Below, in pieces: positions 25,101 to 37,553 of a DNA stretch of 64,000 nucleotides. Under the pieces are notes generated by a model, which was not told the DNA's origin, ran no database searches, and worked only from the letters and a program-made list of their open reading frames with translations. Position 1 is the first letter of the stretch; each line of letters opens with the position of its first letter. Origin of the DNA: Bugula neritina (Eukaryota; Animalia; Bryozoa); NCBI GenBank assembly GCA_964035545.1, contig OZ037765.1:13278698-13342697 (forward strand). Direction: 5' to 3'. Made by a program: the position numbers and the translations under genes.

Positions 25101-28100
25101 TAAAACTCTTTTTATTGGCTATACTATAACAAGTGTAGAGTCGAATATCACCAATAGCATTGCTCCTCATTATTGCTGGCGACAAGGAAGCACGTGCTTA
25201 TGCGCAAGCCAGTACCATAATACATGGTTACCCAGCTAATGCTTTATAAATATGTAAACCAGCTATATTTCTCACCATTTCACTTTGGTTAGTCAACCTA
25301 TACTTGTTAGAGTTGTAAATTCGATATAACAAAAGAGAGTTAAGAAATCATAATGAAGACTGAAAAAGACACCAGAGCTGGCTTGTCACATCTACACAAT
25401 AATACCATTTTGGCTCTCAAGGACAAACGTATGCAAGATTGCTACTTCTTATTATTTTTAAAGCTTTGGATAGGAAATGTTGGGTTTAAAACTGTTTGCA
25501 AGTTGACAGCAACTATTAGAATTGCTTAGGTTAAATTATTTGATCTCACAATATAAAAGAGTCGTAAGTGTAATTTGGGTTTTACTGAATTAATAAAAGA
25601 TATTTTCGTGGAGTACCAAATTGAATTTTTGACTAGCAATTAAAATGAGCCATAAGTGATAGGTGTGCTGACTTACTTGTTTGCGTGGCTCAAAATTTTG
25701 CTACAAAAATTGTGATGGGTGATTGCTTAATTTTTGAAAGAGTGATTTTACATTTCTACAGCAATATATTAGTGGATTGCAATTTTGTCATTTATTAAAA
25801 AACATATAGTATTCTAAATTTTAATATGCAGTTTGTTTTCCTTGTTGTCTCAGGTAGACTCTAGATAAGTGTAGTGTACCTTGTTATATTACTATGCATT
25901 CCAACTATTAGGTTACTTACTTTTTTCTATGTTTGCAGTAAGTTCATCAAAGAAAAATATTAACAGCAAGATGAACTTTGCGAGTGACGCACAACGTAAG
26001 TATGCCAGAACTGCTTGCTCTTTGCACTTACAAATAAAAACAAATATCACTTCTGAGTTTCTGTATTGGGAACCTGTGTATTTGTTAGGCTATAGTCTTT
26101 AAATTAACATCATACCTCTTTCTACAGTATACTGGTAAAAATTTTGAAAAAAAATGTGAAAAATTAAGGTATGTAGCAACCATGCATGGACATGTTTGCA
26201 GATGTATAGCTATTTTGAAAGTAATCGATGACTAAAAACAGACATTTAAGTATGAAGATTGTAAACTATGCAAGCTATATGCTTTGTCAAGCATCGGAAA
26301 TACTGTATTTCAAGTCAATGAAAAGATAGCCATCTACAAATTTATTAATGATCCAAACAAATTATGTAACTTTTTGGAATACCCTGTTAATATTACCATT
26401 GCTTATTAATGTCTTTTTAGTGAATGCCTCAACTGAAATGTCACAGTCGTGCTCTACTTTGTCTCATGCTGTTTCTATGCCAGTACTTACTTGCCCCAAC
26501 TGCCTGCAATACCGCCAGGATGTAGATAAATTATTATCTACTAATGCTGAACTAAAGAGAGAGCTCAAGCTATCTAAGGCTGCTTTAGAAGCTAGCCGAA
26601 AATCTGAAAGATCACTAAGAGACAGGTTAGTGCAAATACAAATTTTCTTTTGTTTAAATATAATAAATTATGCTTTTTTCTGCAATTAGTGCAATTTGGT
26701 GGCATTTATGTAATTTTTGTCCCCAGCATACGAACTGTTAGGGAGTTATGACAGTTGTGTAATGAGATACTCGGATAGATAACTTATCATATAATTTACA
26801 CTGGTGATATTAGTATCAAAATAAGGTCTAGCCATGGTGATTATGCACTGAACAGAGTATTTTGTTCTGAAATATTATGCAAGCATTAAATGCCTTTGCC
26901 AATTCTAAAACTCTTTGATTAATTCTCAATTTCACTGACTCACCTCTTTAGTTATACTAAAAAAGATTTTTGATTGCTTAAAAAATGTATTTTTAAACTT
27001 GGACATCATCTAAAATTTAGGTGCTGGTCATAGTTGTGTTCTTATATCCAGCAAATTAAATTTATTATCTTCTCTGTATTTTTATTGGGCAATAACAAGG
27101 AAACTCAAGTTTAAATATTGCAATGAATCATTATTTTTTTGAAAACATCAAATATTTATCTTCTAAAAGATCAAATTTCCTTGTTGTACTCTTCACATGC
27201 TCACTGCATCATACTGAAATGCACTGAATTACACAATGCAATGATGTACACTATAATAGTGTAAACTAAATGCTGCTATGTTGACTATCAATGATTGCAA
27301 CTGACTACATGGAAGTGCTTTTTACTAACTTTAGCCAGTTCCTACCCATGCTGCTTTTGTTTAGTCTGTTTCAACTCTGTGGTGAAGGGAAACAACATTA
27401 GCTTTCCTGCCTTTGTTTCTTTTCTAATACCAAATGGTTTTCCCTTTTTTATTGTTTCAGCTTATCACTATTGGCCATAGACTCCATTTCAACGATCAAA
27501 ATTATTATTTGGAAAAAGAATACGAGCATGCTAAATTTATTACCCTAACTGTGCCACTTGAAAATGGCCCAAAACACATGATTCACAAGTTTTTGGCTGT
27601 TATGATAACATTTCATCACATAAGTTGTTGGCCGTGCAAATATTTCATCAAAAGCTTTTTCTGGTTGAATTTCGAGAGGAAACCCGTGAGTGTTACTAAC
27701 TACAAAGATAGGAGACACTGGATAATTGTACATTTATTACTGGGTCTACATTCAACAGCCTTGTGTGGTTGAATGTAACATAAAAGTGCTACTTCTAACC
27801 AATGAATTATGAATTTTAAATTCTTGTTTTTTACATTTAACGCCTTTTACATTATTTTTAGTTGCTCTTGAGAGTTCAAAGAACAAATATCATAAAACTC
27901 AATTGACAGGTCCTGGAGTTAGTTTGCACAATCATGTATTCCACAAATGCAATTTAATATGCCTAATATTATTAGGATATGACACTGACTGTTACAGGCT
28001 AGCCACAGAAACACAAAAGCAGATAAAATTAAGTGACAAGTTTGAAGACTTGACTCTGGGCAGCAACAGGCCGACAGCGGTAGTGGAACAGTATGGCTCT

Positions 28101-29902
28101 TTATACTCGGAGATTCGATTAGACACTCTGGACTCACTCGATGCTTTCCCACAGCTAGCAGACCTAGACAACCTGAAGAACAAGCTACTCTTTTCAGTTA
28201 TAGTTGTAAGTTGTCTGTCGATTTTGTTTTACATTATCTATTGATGAACTTTTGTACAACTTTAGTGTGCACCAACTGCATGTATAATTTTTATTAAGTA
28301 TAATGCAAAATAATGAGAGTATTTAATGCAAACAAACTAAGGTTTTGGAATCAGAATTTTACGTATTTTAAATCGGTTTCCAACAATTTCTATAATAGCC
28401 TATAACTGGCTGCTTTTTACTTTTTATAGAAACTCTTTTACTAGGGACACCAGCAGTTGGGTTTTGGTACAAACATGTATTTAACCATTTATTTAACCAT
28501 TTCACGTGTAAGCAGGCATGGGCATCCAAGCCACAAAGCTCATTTACCATCAATACAACAATTTCATTACTCTAAAAACAAAGAACACTTCAATGGATTG
28601 TTTACAATAGTTAAGACTCATTAGCATAATTTGTGTAAGTGGCTGTGCACAAATAACACAGGGGCATTCATTTATTAGTCACATCCCTTGCATTAAATAA
28701 TTTTTTGCAATACTGCTATTTTATGCTATCATTTTGTTTTAGTTGAGTTTTCGAACATGTCAACAGAAAATTCAGCAGTTGAAAGAAAAATTGTTGGCTG
28801 ATGTTGGCATCACAAGAAATGAAACAAAGCCTGAAGCCATGTCGGCTAGTAAGGCCCTGGAGGAGGCTGTATCACTTTACCTGAAACAGAGTGTTGACTG
28901 GTACAATTTGAGTCAGCTGACCCAGGTTGAGTATATAATATATGTAATACTATATAACAAAGTAACAGTTGTTTAGCATTGTATAAGTGATATAATGAAA
29001 TACCAATTTAATAGCTAGCAATGTGATCAAATGTTTAAGATGGAGCCATTACAATATTTTACAAATTAAGTCGTTTGAACACATTCTATGTCTATACAGC
29101 TGAATATGTTATATCATATGTCCTACACTTCTTTATGTTTGAAAGCACATGGTACTTTATATTGTTCAAGAAAAGTCTTTTGTTTAGTTCGGTGTTTAAG
29201 CTGTGGGTTGATTATTTAGAAATTTGGTTTAAGGGTTGGAAACTTGTATTGTTAAAGCTTTCAGTAACATTCATAGAAGTAAGAGTAGTTGAGTCATAAA
29301 TTGTCCAGCTGCCAATAATTGCATAAAGTGATTCAACCACTTGACTGACATTCTGTAATTGGGTATTGCTTATAACAATACATAATGAGGTTGTTCCGCA
29401 ACACTACTGCGCTTAATCTTCTCTAGTACATTTATATGAATAGATGTGCACATCCACATGAATAGATTCACAATTTTTACTGATATCAAAAGTTGTGCCA
29501 GCTGTTAGCACAGTTTTGGTATAAAATTTCAAGGTGATGCAAAAATACTGTAATGTTACGTACTCATGTACTGAAAGATATATAGAACTTATGCTGTAAT
29601 TATTTGATATTTGATAGGAGATCCAGGCGTCTATTTACTCTACCTTATATGACTATCCATGCTTGAAACAGTGCAGCAAACTAAAAGTATATATTGAAGA
29701 ATGTGTCAAAGTATCTTGGAAGTTGTGCGTTCAATGCCCTACCTACTATTTGGAGTTTGATTGTAAAATCTACTCACCAAATAAGCATGTGAGGTTCCAC
29801 ACATCCAATGCTGACTCTAATGCTGTGAAATCATGTCTGTGGCCAACACTATTGGAAGCAAAATCTAAAACCTGTTTGTATAAAGGAATAGTTCTTACTT
29901 AA
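19102..29902 (+). CDS. Mitochondria-eating protein (MIEAP/SPATA18)-like
   Basis: Phase-compatible exons 19102-19228, 25939-25995, 26421-26625, 27998-28205, 28743-28925 and 29618-29902. Motifs NRPTAVVEQYGSLYS..RLDTLDSLD, TLYDYPCLK, W..CVQCP, HVRFH..LWPTLLE..LYKGIVLT*. The first two exons are less certain. Confidence 0.85.
19426..19606 (-). repeat. Dispersed repeat family A, inverted
   Basis: Reverse complement of 18106-18262; ends ttactgcttctacctc. Confidence 0.85.
21783..22130. mobile_element. Non-autonomous hAT (Charlie/Buster-like) MITE
   Basis: TIRs cagggctgtccaa / ttggacacccctg, with a perfect 8-bp TSD gtctacag at 21775-21782 and 22131-22138. Confidence 0.92.
23182..23430. mobile_element. 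MITE with 26-bp TIRs (possibly PIF/Harbinger-type)
   Basis: cccctcattcacactttgccgtatcg / cgatacagcagagtgtgaatgagggg. A second terminus-like match lies near 57774. Confidence 0.8.
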
Positions 29903-30176
29903 TGAATAGGAGGAGTAAAGCATGTTCTTTAATTTTTATTATCTTCTATTAGTGACTATCACAAGTTTTGTAAAACAATGATACTAAGCAGTTGATTATT
30001 GTACAAATTTGCAAAACTTTTGGGAACAAGTTTACAAAAAATTTATTTACATTGTTTATTAAGTGTGGCATTCACACTATGATTATATATTATGTTAACT
30101 TCTAGCATTTAAATGACTGTAAATTCTCTATGCAAATATTTTCTTGAGACATTATTTTGTTAAGGTTTATGTTATC

Positions 30177-30182
30177 AATAAA
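30177..30182 (+). terminator. Candidate polyadenylation signal of the MIEAP-like gene
   Basis: AATAAA about 275 nt after the stop codon. Confidence 0.5.
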
Positions 30183-31785
30183 ACTGAGTTGCACATGGCA
30201 GCACTTTAAATCGTACTTGTCTTAAGCGTTGCTCCAAGCACTAAAACAAGTTTGTGTAGCCAATACACAAAATATCAGTAGCTGCTATATGTCGTCATTA
30301 CATATATTTCACTCTCAAGTATGGCAACAATGAGTGAGTCAGCCCAAATCAATATTATTATATTATATATCATTTGCTAACTTCACTTACCTTTTTAAGA
30401 ATTTATAAGTAAAATTGTATGTGCATCTCCACAATCTTTAGAGTTCGTTCTATTAATTTATGGCTTTTGCACATGGCATCACTTTATTTTTATAACGAAT
30501 CATTTAATATGTCTTAGTTTGGAATGGGAGTTTGCCCTGGTGGATGTGATGGCCATGGAATATGTCATGCTAACCCCCTTCTCCCACCCTGTCAGACTTG
30601 GAACCTGGCCTATGCGTTAGTCATTAGGCATTATTATTGTATTATGCCGCACAATCTACCACCGGCCGCGGCAGCACTCTGGAAACCGCACCGCCACACA
30701 GCGGCCCACCGAGCCAATTAGCATGAAGCTCTTCTTTATAAGTGGGACTTGGCTAGTAGAATTACTGAAGCAATTACTAGTGTGTAACTTTGATTTCTGT
30801 TGTTGTCTTTTATCTCGATGCTATTATAATTGTAAAGGTTATAAATATTGTTTATTCTCTCACGGATTACAATTCTATAGTTCTCTCTCTCAAACACACA
30901 AATAGTATGTTCTAGTTTTGCAAGACAGGCATAACCCACAACTTTGTAGTTTCACTGCGTAAAACTACAACAATAGTTTTAACAACCACAACTCAGCAAT
31001 TACAACATTATATTAAAATAATATATGAATTATAGACTTGCCTCATGAGGATTTTTAAAAAAAAGTTGAGCTTGCACAAGCCTTGTGTGGACAAAAACAA
31101 CAACCTATAACGTAAGAGTTATCCTTCCTTTGATTTGACATAAGGATATAAAGAAATTTACCTGTCGCTGTTGCTTGTTTTCTAATGACTACGGGCTAAA
31201 CGCTCAACATAATTGTCATTATTATGAACTAGCTATAGAAAAAATATTATTTTTCTTCACTGATAGCGATTGCAATTTCACTCATTTTAACTTGATCTTG
31301 ACCTTTGAAGTTGAGGAAAAAATGAAGTAAATAAAATATTTATATATAAGTATTAAATTGACTTTAACTAGTCTCAGTATTAGTATGTTTAAACTTCAAT
31401 GTTTTTTTTTGCAAAATTATATTAATGTTTATATTAAATTGGTCTGCAGTAACATAATGATTATGGTAACAATCGCAATGTCAATGTGAATGTGAATGTA
31501 GTCGTCTATTTCAATTGCAATTTGAATTTGAGTATTTTAATTTTACTTTTAGTATTACTATTACTATTAGTATTACTAATACTGTATTACTATTAGTATT
31601 ACTATTACATTAGTATTAGTATTACTTAATATTATGTTATATTTATAACTATAAGTTATTTACTATTATAGTATTACTATTAGTATTAGTATTACTAATA
31701 CTAATATTAATAGTTTGTCTGACTGAGATGCACATAGACCCTAACATTTATAATCATCAAATTTTTGACTACAATATGAATAACA

Positions 31786-32127
31786 TGAAAAATAATTGCC
31801 CCCACTGGGAATGAAACCCGAGACCTCCGGCTTGCAAGCAAGTGTGCTAATCATTACACCACGGGGACCACTGGGTAAACTCATCACTACATCCCACCCA
31901 GTTCTCTGAACTCCACTGGCCCATCTACTACTCCTTCAGTTATCAAGCTCCCCTGGCCTCTCAACTTTCCCAGAGTACTACTACTACTACACATCACTTT
32001 AGGCCGAAATAGCTTGAGCCTTGAAAAATAATTGCCCCCACTAGGAATCGAACCTGAGACCTTTGGCTTGCAAGCAAGTGTGCTAACCATTACACCACAG
32101 GACCACTGGGTAAACTCATCACTACAT
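31786..32127 (-). repeat. Two tandem tRNA-like (Pol III) units, period 236 bp
   Basis: Units 31786-31892 and 32022-32127. The minus strand has A-box TGGTGTAATGG, B-box GGTTCGATTCC and a downstream T-run. The anticodon arm is unpaired. Confidence 0.8.
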
Positions 32128-33801
32128 GACAAGTCAATTTACAGAAAAGACAAAACATTGCATGGCGGTGGTGTGCTGATTGCAGTTAATAAAAGTCTTA
32201 ATAGCTCTTTTCTTCATTTCGATAATGGTGACAATACAGAGCTTGTTTTTGTCAGGGTAAAATGTTGCATTGTTGGGTGCTATTATCCTCCGCCAACTAA
32301 AAAGACTTGACAACATTAAGGTCGCCATTGAATTTTATAACAAAAAAGTATCCATCTGACAAAATCATTCTTGTAGGTGACATGAATATGCCGGGAATAG
32401 ATTGGAACAAAATGTTACCAGGACACTGTACACCAGACCAATCACTGCAACTAAATTTCCTTGATATTGTTGCAGAGGTGAACATGCAACATCTGATTGC
32501 TGAACCAACTCATATACATGGAAATACTCTAGATTTAATCTGCACCACATCCCCAGAAATAATCAGTCATAATGTTGTGTTTCCAGGACTGGGCAACCAT
32601 GCCAGTATCTCAGTTGACATCTTTGTTTTAACTGACATCATAATTCTGTGCTCAAGGCACCATTCAAGCAATACCACAAGGTAAATATGAAAAACTTCCA
32701 GAAAGTGCTACAAGAGATAAAGTGTAAGCTAAAAATCATGGACGATGTGGAAGCAATGTGGATGCTTTTTTCTAAGGGTTTATGACAAGTAATCAGTAAT
32801 TTTGTTCCAATTGTTGAACGGTAAAATAGGCTGAATGTAAATGAACCTGTATGGTTTAACAAGAAAGCAAGGAAACTGGCCTGCAAGCAAAGGAAGCTCT
32901 ACAATAAATATAAAAAGAACAAAGATGCGTATGCTAAGCAATTTGCTGCTTCACATCGCAGATCTGCAAAAAAAGCCTTCAAACAAATTAAAAAGCAATA
33001 TGTTGAAACTCAGGTACTCACACCACTGCAAAAAAGCAACAGCAGGCTCTTCTACAGGCATCTGAAAGGTAAAAGCTCAAGGAGTCAAGTAAGGCTTGTC
33101 AAGGAAAATGAACAGCTCACCTCTCACCCTAAGGAATGTGCAGACATGCTCAACCATCATTTTTACAGACAATTCGCCATAGATCATCAACTATTCATAC
33201 ATAGCTCTAGCACCCACACAGGAGTTCCTAATGTATCTGCCTCTAGAGTAACGAAAATGATTCAAGACCTAAAATACGGAAAGGCTCCAGGACCAGATGG
33301 CCTCCGACAAGCTGACCGCAGCATAGACGTAGAACAAACTGCTGTTTGTCTCAGTTACATCTTTCAAGTTTCTCTTACAACTGGAAAGCTTTTATCAAAA
33401 TGGAGGACAGTCAACATCTCATCTCTAAATAAATCAGGGTCCACAAACAATGTCAATAACTATCGACCCATCGACGCATTTGGTATTAAGAAACTTGCTG
33501 GAAAAAATTGACATTAAGCTAAACAATAGGCGGCACGGGTTTAAAAAAGGGCTCTCTTGTGAAACACAAATCTGTGCAACTATGCACGATATACTTCATT
33601 CTACACATACACACCAAGCTGTTCATGCAGCTGTTTTGGACTTCACTAAAGCATTTGATTGTGTTCCTCATGCCCTTTTAATGAAAAAGCTTTCAGAGAT
33701 GGCAGATTTGGATGAATACATTTTGCACTGGATAAGTAACTTCTTAACCAATCGTACACAAATAGTGGTTTTACTAGGTCACACCTCAGATCCAGTACCA
33801 G
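32128..33801 (+). mobile_element. Degenerate CR1/L2-like LINE ORF2 fragment (APE endonuclease and N-terminal half of RT)
   Basis: Motifs across frameshifted ORFs: IYRKD..GGGVLIAV, GCYYPP, VGDMNMP.IDW, PTH..GNTLDL, KAPGPDG, NYRPI, HGFKKGLSCETQ, LDFTKAFDCVPH. Confidence 0.9.
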
Positions 33802-33807
33802 CTTTTA

Positions 33808-34020
33808 TGTTGTGTTAGGTTGCAGTTATTATATTTATGCTGTAGAGACTACGCTCGGTTGAGGGCTAAAAACTATCTCTTTATTTCTAAATCTTCATCT
33901 TATATACATGCAGAACATGACCTCATACAGTTGCCAAACATCATCTGATTCATGCAGTAATAACAAACAACTCTGTTGCATGCAGTAAACATTCAAAACA
34001 TTACAACCCTTCTTTTCTTC
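33808..34020 (-). repeat. 3' LTR (33808-34005) and polypurine tract (34006-34020)
   Basis: Minus strand TGTAATG..CACAACA termini, internal AATAAA near 33880, preceded by GAAGAAAAGAAGGGT. Confidence 0.75.
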
Positions 34021-36830
34021 AAAAAGATAACTAATTACCCATAACATCTAAAAGTAATTAGTTTCACAAGTGCTCTAGACTAAGTTTAGATAAAATGATG
34101 TGCAATAGCAATTTCTAATAAACAGCAATTCATAAACAGCTAGCTACTCATCAAATATATTAGCTTTTACAAAAACAAACAGCATTTAGACTATCACTAG
34201 TAAATATTGCTAAAAGATGTGGCAATCTCAAATTGGGATTTGAAAGATTTCATTATTATCTTATATTACTCATCCCACATCCCCATACCAATCAGGTTGT
34301 TTTCTAACACGTTGAGGTCTTTGCTAGGTGTTGGCATCAACCACAGGTGAATTATTCTTATTCAGACTAATTGTTTTGGGGATAACTTTGACAAAAGTTG
34401 AATTGCACCTAGTAACCTTGCCATTGCTTGGGTTTTCACATACAATATCGGAGCCCTGTTTGGCTGTTACTACATGCCCATCATTGCCAAAGTTGCAACT
34501 CAATTTTCCTTTATCCTCCTCCCTCAACAAAACTTCATCCCCTACTTCTACTTCAGATTCCCTAGCCCCTCGGCTAGCATCTGCATATTCTTTACATTTT
34601 AACTTGGCCATAGCATCATTAATGCTAGCTTTTTCATATACTGTGTCATCTATCTCTCCCTCTAACTCAGGCAATTTAGTTCTCATCACCCTCCCAAATA
34701 ACAAAGTATATGTAGTGATGCCTGTACTGCTGTGAGGTATTGAGCGGTAAGCCAATAAGAATTTTCCAAGCTCCCTACCTAAATTCTCTCTTACTGTGAG
34801 CAATTTTCAGTGATTTCAGTAGTGTCCTATTTACCCGCTCTACTTCAGCATTAGCCTGAGGCCACAAGGGAGTGGTTTTAATCTTGTTAAAAGCACCTTG
34901 CTGTTCTTTACCCCAAGTGAACTGAACAGACTTTCGAATGATTTGCCTAATAGGCTCTGATACACTAGCTAAATCTGGAATACATTTTCCCACAAAATTT
35001 ACTAGGCCAAGGAAGCTCCTGCAATCAGTTGCATTTTTAGGTGGTTGAAACTCAACTATTTATTTAACTTTCTCTGGGTCAGCTGAAATTCCACTACCTG
35101 AGATAATAAAGCCAAGGAACTTCACTGAGCTAAGTCTAAATTCACACTTGCTAGCATTCAGTGTCAAGCCTAGTTCTTTAAGTCTCAAAAGGAATGCTTT
35201 CAACCTCTCATCATGCTCTAGCCTATTTGATGCGAATAAAATAATATCATCAGCCATATTTTGGGCTCCTGCCAAACCTGCTAATACTTGCTGTATGATA
35301 TACTGAAATTGCTCTGGGCTGGCATTTGTACCGATAATTAACCTTCTATATCTAAACAAGCCAAAGGGTGTGATAAAAGTTGTAATGGGCCTTGAATTTT
35401 CCTCAGTTTCCACCTGGTGAAAATCTTGTTTCAAGTCCAACTTTGAAAAAACTTGAGCCCCTTCTAAATTAGCTAGCATCTCTTTAACAGTTAGAATGGG
35501 GTGTCTTTCCTTCAATATAGCCTTAATTGCCTGGCGCTTGTCAACTGTTTGTCTAACTTCCCCGTTATTTCTTAAAACTACCACCAATGGACTCACACAT
35601 GTTGTACCAACTCCAGCAACGGGCTCAATAATGTCATTAGCTAACAAATCATCTAGCTTTTGCTTCACCTTATCTTTGAACCCCAATGGTAACCTTCGAA
35701 CTGGCTGAGCAACTGGTGTTACTGTTTTATCAATGTGAAATTTTGCTTTCACCTCTTTGAGTTTTCCCATACCTTGAAAAACCTCTAGAAATTGTCTAAC
35801 AATTTCACACTGATTTTCTGCACTTACATTAGAAACTTTACGACCAAAAGACAAAAGATGTAAATCTGTGGCTGTTTTACCACTTAGTAAGCACTTAGCA
35901 AAGCCATTAAAAACATACATAGTAGCCTTAGCAGTATATGCAGCACACTTCATTTTAGTTACAAAACAACCAATCATGTTCAAGTGCTTGTCACTACCAT
36001 AAGCATACAAAGCCTCACTTATTGGCTGCAACATAACTTTGTGCTTAATTCTATTATAGGCAGCCAAATCTATGATGATGTTGCAAGCTCCTGTATCAAT
36101 TAAAAATGGAACACTCTCATCCAAAATGGTCACTTCACATTTAGGTATTGCTGATCTTCTCTTCACAGCAAACAACGCTTCTTTGCTTATCTCTTCTGCT
36201 TTGGCCACTGTATGGTGCTTTGTTGTGCCTTTACAGAACTTGGACTTGGCAAAATGTCCTCTCCTGCCACAGTCCTTGCACATTTTATTCTTGGCTGGAC
36301 AACTGTAACTACTCGCCAAATGTCTGGTCTTAGAGCACCTGTAGCAAATAGCTTGACTCTTGCTATTATTCTCTGTATGCTTAGGTCTTGCTCCACTATT
36401 GACCCTTCCATTTCTCATGGCTGAAACCGTTTCCGGTGCACTGTTTAACTTGACACTGTCCATCTTCTCATCAACTTCAACTTGCAGTGCAACATCTATC
36501 ATCGCTTGAAGCATGGATTGCTCTTCTGCTGTCATAGCAGTTATCCTCTCTCTGATTGTCTTACTTGCACCTCTATTTTAAATTGTTCAAGAAAATTATC
36601 ATGTAGCACATTTCCGAACTCACATGATTTAGCTTGTGCCCTCAGTCTAGCTACGAAGTCTGTCACGGATTCATTCGGTGATCTCTTGACTTCTCTAAAC
36701 ATCGCCCACTCAACCATTTCATTTGTCACTGTACCATAATGTCTTTTTAGCTGTTGTACTAGATTGTCATAGCTAACATCTTGTGGCATCTCTGGTGAAA
36801 CAAAGTCAGTCAAAGTCTCGTATAATTCAG
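33808..36830 (-). mobile_element. Ty3/Gypsy LTR retrotransposon remnant (Mag-like): gag, PR, RT, partial IN and 3' LTR
   Basis: Gag ESVTDFVARLR..CEFG, two CCHC knuckles, protease LIDTGA, RT FSKLDL..TTFITPFGLFRY..MADDI, IN PQANAEVERVNRTL..LLAYRSIPHSSTG. The 5' LTR is absent. Confidence 0.92.
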
Positions 36831-37553
36831 AGACCTCTACATAGACAGGATTAGGTTTCTGTTCAGTAAATACTAAATATAGCCCAACCAGTACTAACTG
36901 TATAATTATTCACCAATGACTGTGCAAAATATTACTCATAAGCGGCACACCCGTTCCTCCCTTCATGGCGATCCAGTGTGATGATCATTTTAAGTAAGCT
37001 CGAGTAATGTTAATGCTGAAATTAAAACAGTTTTTTTATAATTAGCAGTAGTGATTTGGATGTCACTATAAATTTTAGAGCCTTCTAAATTCATTGTAAC
37101 TGTAGCACTTGCTTAATAACATTAACAATACTATTACTATATCTAAACGTTTATATTTCAATGTTTGTTGAAATTATTTTTATAGACAAATTTAACATTA
37201 ATATTTATATCATCAATACAAATATGGCAAATAGATAGTGATGGCTATTATGTTATACTGGGATTGATAATATTAAAAATAAAAAGTTTTTAGCATCATT
37301 TTATTAAAAAACATGATAATCCTGATCATAAAAATTTAATATAAAAAGGCCCTTTATTAAATTTGAGTATCATTTAGTGGTGTGGTCTTTATTAAACATA
37401 ATTCATTCAAACCACTAAATTTTTGAATACTTTAATTTTATTGACAATTGGTCTAAGTTAGTTCAGAAGTTATGTTTTTAACAATTCTAATTTTATTGTT
37501 GCAGACAGTGCTTTGACCACTCAACATAGTCAGTATTTCATAATATAGTGGAA

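Noticed and set aside
32001-32020. ggccgaaa as part of another hammerhead (also near 43965)
   Set aside because: No upstream CTGANGA core or compatible stems.
31797-32104. Functional tRNA-Ala or tRNA-Cys genes
   Set aside because: The anticodon stem does not pair, and the acceptor and T stems contain mismatches.
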